Origin: an uncultured Clostridia bacterium
GTDB taxonomy: Bacteria > Bacillota > Clostridia > Christensenellales > UBA3700
Reading direction: 5' to 3'
DNA: 64,000 nt
Assembly (NCBI GenBank): GCA_945992255.1
Contig: CAMFVQ010000010.1
Coordinates: 1,431 to 65,430 of the forward strand
Below are positions 28,458 through 38,459 of the stretch, piece by piece; the stretch's first letter is position 1, and every line of letters begins with the position of its first letter. The notes under the pieces are model-generated. The model was not told the origin of the DNA and searched no databases. It was given only the letters and a program-made list of their open reading frames with translations. The translations under genes and the position numbers were made by a program.

Positions 28458-29716
28458 AAAGCGTAGTTTTGGTGTTCTACCAACAAGGAATGTACGACCA
28501 ATCGGCTGTCGCAATCAAAGACTTTTTTGACCAAAAAGTCAATGATTGTGATATTGTTATGGTGGAAGAAGACAAGTTTTCTTATTGCTATGCCAGCAAA
28601 GTAAGCAAGGGCTTCTACAAGTTTACCGCACGCAATCTTCCACTTTTCAATCGTTTTGTCAAAGGTTTTAGGAGCAAAACAAAGAAAAACGACAACAAAA
28701 AACCTATTGAGTTGCAAGGACAAGTGGAAAACGAAAAGACAAAGTTCAATAGAATAGAGAACGTTCTCAAAAGATTTTGTCCTAATGTGGTGCTGTGTCT
28801 TACTCCAAAGTCACACGACTTGGCTATTAGGGCAAGAATGACTCTTAAAATGGATATGCCTATCTATGCTTTGATGACAGACTATTGCCTAAATCCGATG
28901 TTTATCAACGAGCTAAGCGATGGCTATCTTGTCCAAAACGAGTTGTTAGGACAAGCCCTTCAAACAAAAGGCGTAGATGGCAACAAGATTTTTATCACCG
29001 GCACACCTATCAAAATGGTTGACAGAGAATATGACAAGGCGGCACTTCTCAAAAAATATGGTATTGACAATGATTTGCCAGTGGTGACAATTGTCGGTGG
29101 TCGATATGGCTGCGACTATGTCAAGAATGCTGTCACTGTGTTGGTTGACTACTACCAATCACTCAATCTTGTGGTGGTGACTTCTGGCAGCAACAGTATC
29201 GAAACTTATGTCAAGACAGTGTGCAAGAACAAGGATATCAAGGAAAATGTCGTGTTGGTATCTCAGCCAGAAGATATGTATGAGATTTATGCAATCACCA
29301 AGGTGCTAGTATCATCTCCAACGGCAGGCGTGACCTATGAGGCAATGGAATTGTGTTTGCCGACTGTACTTATCCAACCGATGAATATCATAGAACGTGG
29401 CAACTATTCTTACCTTACCACCAACCGCATTGCATTGTGCGGAGCAAGCAAACAAGAGCTTATCACTTCTACACTCAACTTGCTCAACAATGATGATGTC
29501 TATGCAGACAAGGTTGCAGAACTTGAAGAATTGAAAGCAGATGTTACACCTCAGGTAGTAGAATTTTTGGTAGAAAAAGCCAATCAAAACAACAAAAATA
29601 TTGTGATAGAGGAAAAACCTAAAGTCGAAGAAAAGGTGGAAGAGCAGCCGCAAGAAGAACCAAAAGTCGAAGAAAAACAATCAAAGAAAAAGAAAAATAA
29701 GAAGGAAAAGAAATGA
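28454..29716 (+). CDS. MGDG-synthase/UgtP-like glycosyltransferase with a K/E-rich C-terminal tail
   Basis: Two-domain GT-B-like layout resembling diacylglycerol glycosyltransferases; tail EEKPKVEEKVEEQPQEEPKVEEKQSKKKKNKKEKK. Confidence 0.5.
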   Translation: MKSVVLVFYQQGMYDQSAVAIKDFFDQKVNDCDIVMVEEDKFSYCYASKVSKGFYKFTARNLPLFNRFVKGFRSKTKKNDNKKPIELQGQVENEKTKFNRIENVLKRFCPNVVLCLTPKSHDLAIRARMTLKMDMPIYALMTDYCLNPMFINELSDGYLVQNELLGQALQTKGVDGNKIFITGTPIKMVDREYDKAALLKKYGIDNDLPVVTIVGGRYGCDYVKNAVTVLVDYYQSLNLVVVTSGSNSIETYVKTVCKNKDIKENVVLVSQPEDMYEIYAITKVLVSSPTAGVTYEAMELCLPTVLIQPMNIIERGNYSYLTTNRIALCGASKQELITSTLNLLNNDDVYADKVAELEELKADVTPQVVEFLVEKANQNNKNIVIEEKPKVEEKVEEQPQEEPKVEEKQSKKKKNKKEKK

Positions 29717-30000
29717 TAAGACATATTGTAATGTACAAATTAAAAGACCCAACCGAGCAAAACAAAATCGAGCTTAGAGATAGATTTTTGTCAATGCAAG
29801 GCAAGATTGAGGAGTTGAAAAGTATCAGATCTGGCATAGATTTTCTAGGCTCAGACAGAAGTTTTGATGTGGTGCTAGAATGTGAATTCGACACCAAAGA
29901 AGATATGGAAACTTACCGCTCTCATCCAGTGCATTTGCCTGTGATGGCTTATGTAAAGAGTGTGGTAGAACAATCAAAAAGTGTAGATTATGAAATTTAG
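29713..30000 (+). CDS. Dabb (stress-responsive A/B barrel) family protein
   Basis: 95 aa; MIRHIVMYKLKD ... HPVHLPV pattern. Confidence 0.8.
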   Translation: MIRHIVMYKLKDPTEQNKIELRDRFLSMQGKIEELKSIRSGIDFLGSDRSFDVVLECEFDTKEDMETYRSHPVHLPVMAYVKSVVEQSKSVDYEI

Positions 30001-30009
30001 GAGAGATAT

Positions 30010-30507
30010 ATGAACAAAATACAAATTGAACTAACTGATGGCAGAGTGATGAATGCAAATCTATATGAAGATATTGCCCCAATCACAGTAAAGAACTTTA
30101 TGGACTTGGTTGCAAAGGACTTTTTTGCAGGACTTGTTTTTCATAGAGTTATCCCACAATTTATGATTCAAGGTGGCGGAATGGATCAAGCATTCAATCC
30201 AAAAGCAACTCCAGCTATAAAGGGCGAATTTAGAGCAAACGGCGTAAAAAACGACCTAAAACATACCAAAGGCACATTGTCAATGGCTCGTACAAATATG
30301 CCAAACTCAGCATCTTCCCAATTCTTTATTTGTGTAGAAGATACTCCATTCCTCGATGGTCAATATGCCGCTTTTGGTGAACTCAGTGATGAAGAGAGTA
30401 TGCAAGTTGCGGTAGATATATCCAATGTACATACCATATCAGTGGGCTATTATGATGATGTACCATACGAACCAATCATCATCAAGACTATCCGCAAAGC
30501 AGACTAA
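30010..30507 (+). CDS. ppiB: cyclophilin-type peptidyl-prolyl cis-trans isomerase
   Basis: FHRVIPQFMIQGGG and SQFFI motifs. Confidence 0.92.
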   Translation: MNKIQIELTDGRVMNANLYEDIAPITVKNFMDLVAKDFFAGLVFHRVIPQFMIQGGGMDQAFNPKATPAIKGEFRANGVKNDLKHTKGTLSMARTNMPNSASSQFFICVEDTPFLDGQYAAFGELSDEESMQVAVDISNVHTISVGYYDDVPYEPIIIKTIRKAD

Positions 30508-30520
30508 AACTTGTCTGACA

Positions 30521-30550
30521 AGCCACCTCGTTGAGGTGGCTATTTTTTTT
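30521..30550 (+). terminator. rho-independent terminator
   Basis: AGCCACCTC-GTT-GAGGTGGCT followed by T8. Confidence 0.85.
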
Positions 30551-30565
30551 GCTAAAATACGCAAA

Positions 30566-30582
30566 AACTCGATACATATCGA
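30566..30582 (+). repeat. 17-nt intergenic repeat AACTCGATACATATCGA, copy A
   Basis: Exact 17-mer 16 nt downstream of the ppiB terminator. Confidence 0.9.
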
Positions 30583-30776
30583 CCATTTTGATAAAAACAA
30601 AACAAAAAAATACAAAGATATTGTCGAATTGTTTATCGAAAATTCTAAGAAAAAACACAGTAAAGACGTGTCTATTTTCCACAATTTACATTTTTTGGAA
30701 GTGATTTAGCATTCATCAATGCCAAAATTTACTTTACATACATATTATTATATTATATAATGCTATAAGGTGAACT

Positions 30777-32063
30777 ATGGCAAAAATTATCGGTATAGAA
30801 AAAAATAGTATAGCAGAAGAGCTTGGCATCGAGGTTGGTGACGAGCTGCTTGGTTTTGATGGCTATCCCATCGTAGATATACTAGACTATATGTTTTATG
30901 ATGATCAGGAAGAATTCGTGATGAATTTGCGTGCAAAGCAAGGCGACAAGGTGGACATCGAAATCGAAAAAGATATTGATGAAAAACTTGGGCTTGTGCT
31001 TGATGAGTCTGTAGAACTCAAAACTATGCCATGCAAAAACAAGTGCATTTTTTGCTTTGTTGACCAACTCCCAAAGGGTATGAGAGATAGCTTGTATGTC
31101 AAAGATGATGACTATCGACTATCTTTTGTCAGTGGCAACTATGTGACCTTGACCAATGTTGGACAAAAGGAATTGGAGAGAATAGCAAGGCTAAAACTCA
31201 GTCCGCTTTATGTGTCAGTGCATTGTTATGACAAAGAAACAAAAAAACTTATGGTAGCCAATCCGCATGGTGCAGAGCTGTTCGAAAAAATGGAATATCT
31301 CAAAGAACACAATATCCAAATGCACGGACAAATCGTGCTTTGTAAGGACATCAACGATGGCGACAAATTGTACGAAACATTGTGCAAATTGTACGAACTC
31401 AGACCAAATCTTTTGTCGGTGGCAATCATTCCAGTAGGATTGAGCGGACATAGAGAAGGCTTGTTCCCACTCCAACCGATTGACAAAAAGACAGCGAACG
31501 ATGTCATCGATATGGTAGAAAAATTCGATGAACATATCGGCGGTGGTTGGTGTTATTGTTCTGATGAATTTTATCTGAGAGCAGAACGCAAAATGCCTAA
31601 CTTCGAGAGCTATGGCGATTTTGGACAAATCGAGAACGGTGTAGGCTTGGTTGCACAATTTACTCGCAGTGTAGAAGAGACGCTTGCCCAAACAAGTGGT
31701 AGCCAAAACAAAGCAAAGCTTAGCTTGGTGACAGGCAAGTCTTTTGGCGGTATTCTGCAAGAATGTGTGCAAAAATGTAAAGAAAAATTCCCAAATATTG
31801 ATGCCAAAGTGTATGATATTGTAAATCATCATTTTGGAGAGAGCATAACAGTTGCGGGGCTTGTGACCGCAAAAGATATAGTAGCACAAGTAGGCAAAGT
31901 GGGTGGAGATATAGTTATTCCGTCCAATATGCTGAGAGAATTTACTACCACATTCCTTGATGGAATGACCGTGGAAGAGTTGGAAGTCGAGTTGGGTGGC
32001 AAAATCCACGTGTGCAATGGTGGTAAAGAATTGGTAGAAATAATGAGTGAGGTGACAAAATGA
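30777..32063 (+). CDS. DUF512 domain protein (PDZ plus radical-SAM-like)
   Basis: PCKNKCIFCFVDQLPKGMR motif; position immediately upstream of der, as is typical in Clostridia. Confidence 0.8.
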   Translation: MAKIIGIEKNSIAEELGIEVGDELLGFDGYPIVDILDYMFYDDQEEFVMNLRAKQGDKVDIEIEKDIDEKLGLVLDESVELKTMPCKNKCIFCFVDQLPKGMRDSLYVKDDDYRLSFVSGNYVTLTNVGQKELERIARLKLSPLYVSVHCYDKETKKLMVANPHGAELFEKMEYLKEHNIQMHGQIVLCKDINDGDKLYETLCKLYELRPNLLSVAIIPVGLSGHREGLFPLQPIDKKTANDVIDMVEKFDEHIGGGWCYCSDEFYLRAERKMPNFESYGDFGQIENGVGLVAQFTRSVEETLAQTSGSQNKAKLSLVTGKSFGGILQECVQKCKEKFPNIDAKVYDIVNHHFGESITVAGLVTAKDIVAQVGKVGGDIVIPSNMLREFTTTFLDGMTVEELEVELGGKIHVCNGGKELVEIMSEVTK

Positions 32064-33379
32064 GTAAGCCGTTGGTAGCGATTGTAGGAAGACCAAACGT
32101 AGGCAAATCTACACTTTTCAACCGTATTGTTGGCAAGCAAGTTAGCATTGTGGAAGATATGGACGGAGTGACCAGAGATAGGCTTTATTGCGATGCTGAG
32201 TGGTGTGGTTACAACTTTACTTTGGTAGATACAGGCGGACTAGAAATCAAGTCGGAAGACAATATGTGGAAACATATCAGAGAGCAAGCCCAAATGGCGG
32301 TTGACCTTGCCGATTGCATTATTTTTGTAACTGACGGAAAGAGCGGTATGACCAGCAACGACAGAGAAGTTGCCAGCTTTTTACGTAACAGCAAAAAGCC
32401 GGTTGTGGTAGCAGTCAACAAGCTCGACAACAACGAAATGGAAGCAATATATGAATATTATGAACTTGGCATAGGCAATGTCATTGGTGTATCTGCCGAG
32501 CAGTCTAAGGGTATTGGCGACTTGCTTGATGAAGTGGTGGAGAGCCTCGAAAAGTATGACATATCCCAAGATGCAGAAAAACTCAATATTGCAATCGTGG
32601 GCAAGCCAAATGCTGGCAAAAGCTCTATCACCAACAAGATTTTGGGCTATGACAGAGTTATTGTGAGCAATGTTGCAGGCACAACTCGTGATGCTATCGA
32701 CACTGATTTTGAGTGGAATGGTCACAAGTTCAACATTATTGATACGGCAGGTATCCGCAAAAAGTCAAGTGTAGAAGAGGGTATCGAACAATATAGCGTT
32801 CTTCGTTCTTTGGCAGCTGTACGCCGTGCTGATATCGTGTTCATTGTCATTGATGCAAGCGAAGGTTTGACCGATCAAGATGTCAAGATTTGCGGTTATG
32901 CACACGAACAAGGCAAGCCATCTATCATCGTGATGAACAAGTGGGACACTGTCGAAAAGGACACCAACACAATCAATATCTTCAACAAAAAGATTTTGAC
33001 CGACTTGAAGTTCATGGACTATTTTGTATCCGAATATGTTTCCGCCAAGACAGGTCAACGTATAGAAAAATTGCTTTCTAAGGCTTTGGAAGTGTACGAA
33101 GAAGCATCCAAGCGTATTCCAACAGGTGTACTCAACGATGTTATCCAAGATGCAACCGTTGCAGTAGAGCCACCATCACAGAACGGAAAAAGACTAAAAG
33201 TATACTTTGTTACCCAGTCTTCAACTAACCCACCGACATTCGTATTTTTCGTGAATGATGTCAATTTGATGCACTTCTCATACAAGAGATACCTCGAAAA
33301 TACTATCCGAAAATCATTCGAATTCAAGGGTAGTCCAATCCGAATTGTGGTACGCAATCGCAAAGAAAAAGATATTTAA
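32060..33379 (+). CDS. der: ribosome biogenesis GTPase Der (EngA)
   Basis: Two tandem G domains (GRPNVGKST, GKPNAGKSS) plus a KH-like C-terminus. Confidence 0.93.
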   Translation: MSKPLVAIVGRPNVGKSTLFNRIVGKQVSIVEDMDGVTRDRLYCDAEWCGYNFTLVDTGGLEIKSEDNMWKHIREQAQMAVDLADCIIFVTDGKSGMTSNDREVASFLRNSKKPVVVAVNKLDNNEMEAIYEYYELGIGNVIGVSAEQSKGIGDLLDEVVESLEKYDISQDAEKLNIAIVGKPNAGKSSITNKILGYDRVIVSNVAGTTRDAIDTDFEWNGHKFNIIDTAGIRKKSSVEEGIEQYSVLRSLAAVRRADIVFIVIDASEGLTDQDVKICGYAHEQGKPSIIVMNKWDTVEKDTNTINIFNKKILTDLKFMDYFVSEYVSAKTGQRIEKLLSKALEVYEEASKRIPTGVLNDVIQDATVAVEPPSQNGKRLKVYFVTQSSTNPPTFVFFVNDVNLMHFSYKRYLENTIRKSFEFKGSPIRIVVRNRKEKDI

Positions 33380-33436
33380 TTTGCTTGTATTGTTATATAT
33401 ATTATGATAAAATGCAGTAGATAAAAAGGAGTATAT

Positions 33437-34699
33437 ATGAATTTTTTGGAATTATCTAAAGAACAACTACAAGTTTGTCTCGAACAAGAAAAGAAAAACT
33501 ATGAAGAGATTTTGACACACGGCTACAAGGTAGACATTGCCAGAGGTAAGCCTTGCAACGAACAACTTGACATTGCTATGGCTATGATAGACCTAGCACC
33601 AGAGCTTAAAAATATGCCAAAAGCATACCGCAACTATGGTATGTTGGAGGGCTTGCCAGAGATGAGAAGCTTGTTCGCAAGCATTCTTGGTGTAAAGCCT
33701 GAGGAAGTTATTGTAGGTGGCAGCAGCAGTCTTAACCTTATGTATGACACTGTCCAACGCAATCTTCAATTCGGCGTTTTGGGTGAAAAACCTTGGAATA
33801 GCGCACCTATCAAATTTATTTGCCCAGTGCCAGGATATGACAGACACTTTGCAATTCTCGAGCATTTTGGCATCGAAATGATCAATGTTGATATGGATGA
33901 CAACGGACCAAATATGGACCTTGTAGAATATCTTGTTGCCAACGATGACAGCATCAAGGGTATGTTCTGTGTACCAAAATACAGCAACCCAACAGGCATT
34001 ACTTACAGCGATGAAGTTGTTACAAGACTTGCACAAATGCCAACCAAAGCCAAAGATTTTCGTATTTTTTGGGACAATGCTTATTGTGTGCATGAGCTTA
34101 CCAACAATCCAGATGTTTTGCTCAACATTATGGAAATAGCCAAGGAAGCAGGCAACGAAGACAGAATTTATGAGTTTACATCTACATCTAAGATAACATT
34201 CGCAGGTGCAGGCGTGAGCTGTATTGCCGCAAGTGAGCGAAATGTAAAAGACATTTTGTCACACCTAACTATGCAAACTATCAGCTACAACAAGATTGTT
34301 CAATATATGCACTATCTCTACTTGAAAAATGTAGACAATATCAAAGAAATTATGAACAAGCAAAAGGCAATCATCAAGCCAAAATTCGACACTGTTGTAA
34401 GTGCTTTTGAACAAAGTTTTGGCAGTGAGAGCGGTATTGCTAGCTGGACCAATCCAAAGGGTGGCTACTTCATCACTTTGACCACATATCCAGGTTGTGC
34501 TAAGCGTGTAGGCGAGCTTTGCAAAAAGGCAGGACTTACTATCACTCCAGCAGGTTCACCATTCCCATATGGTAGAGATGACCAAGACAGCACACTCCGC
34601 ATTGCTCCAACATTCACATCTGATGAAGACCTAGAAGTGTCTGTGAACATTTTGATTTGTTGTGCAAAGATTGCAGCTTTTGAAAAGCTCCTTGGGTAG
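33437..34699 (+). CDS. PLP-dependent aminotransferase (class I/II fold)
   Basis: 420 aa; candidate PLP-lysine region TSTSKITFAGAG; substrate not assignable. Confidence 0.7.
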   Translation: MNFLELSKEQLQVCLEQEKKNYEEILTHGYKVDIARGKPCNEQLDIAMAMIDLAPELKNMPKAYRNYGMLEGLPEMRSLFASILGVKPEEVIVGGSSSLNLMYDTVQRNLQFGVLGEKPWNSAPIKFICPVPGYDRHFAILEHFGIEMINVDMDDNGPNMDLVEYLVANDDSIKGMFCVPKYSNPTGITYSDEVVTRLAQMPTKAKDFRIFWDNAYCVHELTNNPDVLLNIMEIAKEAGNEDRIYEFTSTSKITFAGAGVSCIAASERNVKDILSHLTMQTISYNKIVQYMHYLYLKNVDNIKEIMNKQKAIIKPKFDTVVSAFEQSFGSESGIASWTNPKGGYFITLTTYPGCAKRVGELCKKAGLTITPAGSPFPYGRDDQDSTLRIAPTFTSDEDLEVSVNILICCAKIAAFEKLLG

Positions 34700-34702
34700 T
34701 CT

Positions 34703-35239
34703 ATGAAAATACTAGTAGCTTCCGATATACACGGATCAAAATATTATGCCCAAAAGGTTGTGGACAGCTTCTACAAGGAGAATGCCGATATGTTGGTACT
34801 CCTTGGAGATATCTACAATCACGGACCACGCAACCCATTGCCAAAGGAATATGCTCCTATGGAAGTTGCCGGCATCTTGAACAAAATAACTGACAAGTTG
34901 ATTGTCATTCAAGGTAATTGTGACAGCGAAGTTGACCAAATGATATCAGATTTTACTTTCGTCAAAGACAGTGTGATTTGTGTCGATGGACTTAAAGTTT
35001 TTGCTACTCATGGTCATGTTTGGAACAAAGACAACATTCCGCCAAACTGTGGCGATGTGCTAGTTTATGGACATTTCCACACTGCATTTATCGAAGAAAA
35101 AGATGGCATTGTGATTGCCAATCCAAGTTCGGCTTCTTTGCCAAAGGACGACACTCGTGGCTATTTGACAATCGAAAAGAACGCAATCACACTCAAAAAC
35201 TTAGAAAATAATACGACAATAAAAACAAAGGAATTATAA
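34703..35239 (+). CDS. YfcE/MJ0936-family metallophosphoesterase
   Basis: ASDIHGS, LGDIYNHGP, GNCD and GHFH motifs. Confidence 0.85.
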   Translation: MKILVASDIHGSKYYAQKVVDSFYKENADMLVLLGDIYNHGPRNPLPKEYAPMEVAGILNKITDKLIVIQGNCDSEVDQMISDFTFVKDSVICVDGLKVFATHGHVWNKDNIPPNCGDVLVYGHFHTAFIEEKDGIVIANPSSASLPKDDTRGYLTIEKNAITLKNLENNTTIKTKEL

Positions 35240-35241
35240 CA

Positions 35242-36723
35242 ATGAACACAACCAGCAAATTTGATACCAAAGTTCAATATCTAAAGTACAAAGTGCTTAA
35301 AGAGATGATTAAGGCTTATGACAAGGGAGATATGAGCGATATTTATATCGACATTCCAAAGATTATTTCTCCAGGTCCAAAGCCATCTATGAGATGTTGT
35401 ATCTACAAAGAGAGAGCTATCGTTCAAGAGAGAATTAAACTTGCTTTGGGTGGTGACAAATCCAACCCAAACATTGTGCAAGTCATCGATGTTGCTTGCG
35501 ATGAGTGTCCAATCAGTGGTATGTATATCACTCCTGCTTGCCGTGGTTGTATCGTTCACAAATGCCAAGAGAGCTGTCCAAAGGATGCTATCACCATTGT
35601 TGACAACAAACCAGTCATTGATATGGACAAATGTATCAGATGTGGTCGTTGTGCAAAGGCTTGCCCATACAATGCTATCATTGACCAACATAGACCTTGT
35701 GTACAAAGCTGTAAAGTAAAGGCTATTTCTATGGACGAGCATAACAAGGCGAAGATTGACAACTCTAAGTGTATTGCTTGCGGAGCATGCGTATACCAAT
35801 GCCCATTCGGTGCTATCGTTGACAAGTCATTTATTCTTGATGCAATCGACATTCTCAACAATTCTAAGAACAATACAGAATACAAAGTATATGCTATCGT
35901 AGCTCCAGCTATTGCTAGCCAATTCAAGCATGCCAAGCTAGGACAAGTTATCACAGGAATTGAAAAACTTGGCTTTGCCGATGTTGTAGAGGCAGCGCTC
36001 GGTGCTGATATTACACTTCACAAGGAAGCTCTCGAATTCAAAGAAAAAGGCTTGATGACCACATCTTGCTGTCCTTCTTTCGTTATGTTCATCGAAAAGA
36101 ACTTCCCAGAACTCAAACAATATGTGTCATCTTCCGTATCGCCAATGGTGGAAACAGCCCAACTCATCAAGAGAATGGAACCAACCGCCAAGACAATTTT
36201 CATCGGACCTTGCACAAGCAAAAAGCTCGAATATAGATTGCCAAAGACCCAAGGTGCAGTAGATTGCGTGATTTCTTTTGAAGAATTGCAGGCGTTCCTT
36301 GATGCAAGAGATATTGACCTAGCCGAGCTAGAAGAAACCCCAATCAATGATGGCTCATTCTTTGGAAGAGTGTTCGCTAAGAGTGGCGGTATTTCTCAAG
36401 ATGTTGTGTCAGTTGCGGCTTCTATGGGTGTCAATGACATCAAACCACTTCCAATGAGCGGTATCGAGGCTTGCAGAACCGGACTTCTCAAACTCAAACT
36501 TGGCAAAGCAGCAGAGAACTTTTTCGAGGGTATGGCTTGTGATGGCGGTTGCTTGAATGGCGCACTTTGTTTGCACCACGATATCAAGAATATTATGGAT
36601 ATTGACAAGTATAGTATGTCAGCGGAGAATAAGACAATCGACAGAGCTGTCAAGATTTATCAAAACAGCTTCAACGAAGGTCAAACAGGCTTCAAAAAAG
36701 ATATTGAAGAAGATAAAGAATAA
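35242..36723 (+). CDS. [FeFe]-hydrogenase catalytic subunit with N-terminal 4Fe-4S ferredoxin domains
   Basis: H-cluster motifs TSCCP, GPCTSKKLE and EGMACDGGCLNG; two CxxCxxCxxxCP clusters. Confidence 0.85.
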   Translation: MNTTSKFDTKVQYLKYKVLKEMIKAYDKGDMSDIYIDIPKIISPGPKPSMRCCIYKERAIVQERIKLALGGDKSNPNIVQVIDVACDECPISGMYITPACRGCIVHKCQESCPKDAITIVDNKPVIDMDKCIRCGRCAKACPYNAIIDQHRPCVQSCKVKAISMDEHNKAKIDNSKCIACGACVYQCPFGAIVDKSFILDAIDILNNSKNNTEYKVYAIVAPAIASQFKHAKLGQVITGIEKLGFADVVEAALGADITLHKEALEFKEKGLMTTSCCPSFVMFIEKNFPELKQYVSSSVSPMVETAQLIKRMEPTAKTIFIGPCTSKKLEYRLPKTQGAVDCVISFEELQAFLDARDIDLAELEETPINDGSFFGRVFAKSGGISQDVVSVAASMGVNDIKPLPMSGIEACRTGLLKLKLGKAAENFFEGMACDGGCLNGALCLHHDIKNIMDIDKYSMSAENKTIDRAVKIYQNSFNEGQTGFKKDIEEDKE

Positions 36724-36742
36724 CAACTAAGTGCAAATTTTG

Positions 36743-36780
36743 CGGCGTAGTGATAAAAAATTGCTACGCCGTATTTTTTT
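36743..36780 (+). terminator. rho-independent terminator
   Basis: CGGCGTAG/CTACGCCG stem, 13-nt loop, then TATTTTTTT. Confidence 0.7.
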
Positions 36781-36852
36781 AATCAATTATCAAAGCGAGA
36801 ACAATCATTTACTATCTATGATGATTTTTATGATTGAGGGGCAACGGACTTT

Positions 36853-36881
36853 TTGACACAATTTTTGCACATAGGTATAAT
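36853..36881 (+). promoter_or_regulatory. perfect sigma-A consensus promoter upstream of spoIVA
   Basis: TTGACA-17-TATAAT. Confidence 0.5.
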
Positions 36882-36929
36882 TTGGTCAAACCTCCAATAA
36901 AATGTAGGGAACAACAAGTGGAGGAGTTT

Positions 36930-38408
36930 ATGGAAAAATTTGACCTATATCAAGATATTGCAACTAGGACTGGGGGAGATATTTATATTGGAGTAGTAGG
37001 ACCTGTGAGAGTAGGCAAGTCCTCGTTCATCACCAAGTTTATGCAAACAATTGTGTTGCCTAACATTGAGGATATGCCACACAAACAACGCATACTCGAT
37101 GAGTTGCCCCAATCGGCTGATGGCAAAACAATTATGACCACTCAGCCAAAATTCGTGCCTGATGGTGGAGTAAAAGCCCAACTTGGCGAGGGACTTTGCC
37201 CCAATATTAGGTTGGTGGATTGTGTAGGTTATCCTGTCAAAGATGCCAAAGGATTCGATGAAGACGACAAAACTCGATTGGTAACTACGCCTTGGACAGA
37301 GGAAGAAATTCCATTCGAGCAAGCGGCTGAGATTGGCACTCGCAAGGTTATTCAAGACCATTCTACAATCGGCATTGTGGTCACGACAGATGGCTCAATC
37401 ACTGGCATCAAGCGAGAAAATTATGTAGATAGTGAAGAGAGAGTTGTGCGAGAAATGCAAGAGCTGGGCAAGCCGTTTGTCGTACTTCTCAACTCCAAAA
37501 CTCCTCACGATACCAAGACCAAACAGCTAAGACAGGCTTTGGAAGAAAAGTATGGTTGTGGTGTGCTTTTGTACAATGTTTTGGATATGAGCGGTGGGGA
37601 TATGGCGGATTTACTAACAGAGATCTTGGGGGAATTTCCGCTCCAATCTTTGGATATAGAATTGCCTAGTTGGCTTCAAGCTTTGCCAAGAGAAAACAAT
37701 GTAATATGCCACATAATCGAAAAAGTCGAAAATATAGTAGATGAAATCACCAAGATGAAAGACTACAAAAAGTTGTATGACTTGTTTGGTGATGATGAAT
37801 TTTTGGATAAATCTAGCGACATCAAAGTAGAGTTCGGGCAAGGTAAATGCTCGCTAGTAGTCAAGCCTAAACCACACCTATTCTATCAGGTATTGTCCGA
37901 ACAATCAGGACAAGACATCAAAGATGATTTTGCACTGATATCTTATATCAAAGAGCTGTCGAGTGCCAAGTCGCAGTTTGATCGTATCAAATCTGCACTT
38001 GAAGATGTGGACAATTTTGGTTATGGAATAGTCGTGCCAAGTGTAGAAGAGTTGGAGCTTATGCCACCGCAAATTGTCAAAAAAGGCAACAAGTATTCTG
38101 TCAAACTTAATGCCAAATCTTCATCATTGCACATTATGAAAGTCGATGTCAACACTGAAGTCAATTCGCTGATTGGCAGTGAGTCAAGCTCCAAAGAGAT
38201 TTTGGAGAGGTGGCTCGAAGACTTTGGAGAAGAGGGCATGGGACTTTGGAAGACCAATATGCTTGGCAAAACACTCGACAATATCGCCAAAGATGGTATA
38301 TCCAACAAATTGATGACAATGCCTGAAGATGCCAGATCAAAAATGCAAAAAGCGGTCACCAAGATTGTCAATGATGGCAAGGGTGGTGTGGTGTGTATTT
38401 TGTTGTGA
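36930..38408 (+). CDS. spoIVA: stage IV sporulation protein A
   Basis: N-terminus MEKFDLYQDIATRTGGDIYIGVVGPVRVGKSSFI (Walker A) and full-length SpoIVA-like sequence; GGAGGAG RBS. Confidence 0.93.
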   Translation: MEKFDLYQDIATRTGGDIYIGVVGPVRVGKSSFITKFMQTIVLPNIEDMPHKQRILDELPQSADGKTIMTTQPKFVPDGGVKAQLGEGLCPNIRLVDCVGYPVKDAKGFDEDDKTRLVTTPWTEEEIPFEQAAEIGTRKVIQDHSTIGIVVTTDGSITGIKRENYVDSEERVVREMQELGKPFVVLLNSKTPHDTKTKQLRQALEEKYGCGVLLYNVLDMSGGDMADLLTEILGEFPLQSLDIELPSWLQALPRENNVICHIIEKVENIVDEITKMKDYKKLYDLFGDDEFLDKSSDIKVEFGQGKCSLVVKPKPHLFYQVLSEQSGQDIKDDFALISYIKELSSAKSQFDRIKSALEDVDNFGYGIVVPSVEELELMPPQIVKKGNKYSVKLNAKSSSLHIMKVDVNTEVNSLIGSESSSKEILERWLEDFGEEGMGLWKTNMLGKTLDNIAKDGISNKLMTMPEDARSKMQKAVTKIVNDGKGGVVCILL

Positions 38409-38459
38409 CATAATGTGTTGGGTAGGCATAATATGTAGTGGGCATGCCAAGGAGTGACT

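Noticed and set aside
31215-32096. A 293-aa minus-strand ORF antisense to the DUF512 gene and the der start
   Set aside because: It is a shadow ORF. The sense-strand genes have diagnostic motifs, and the antisense translation has none.
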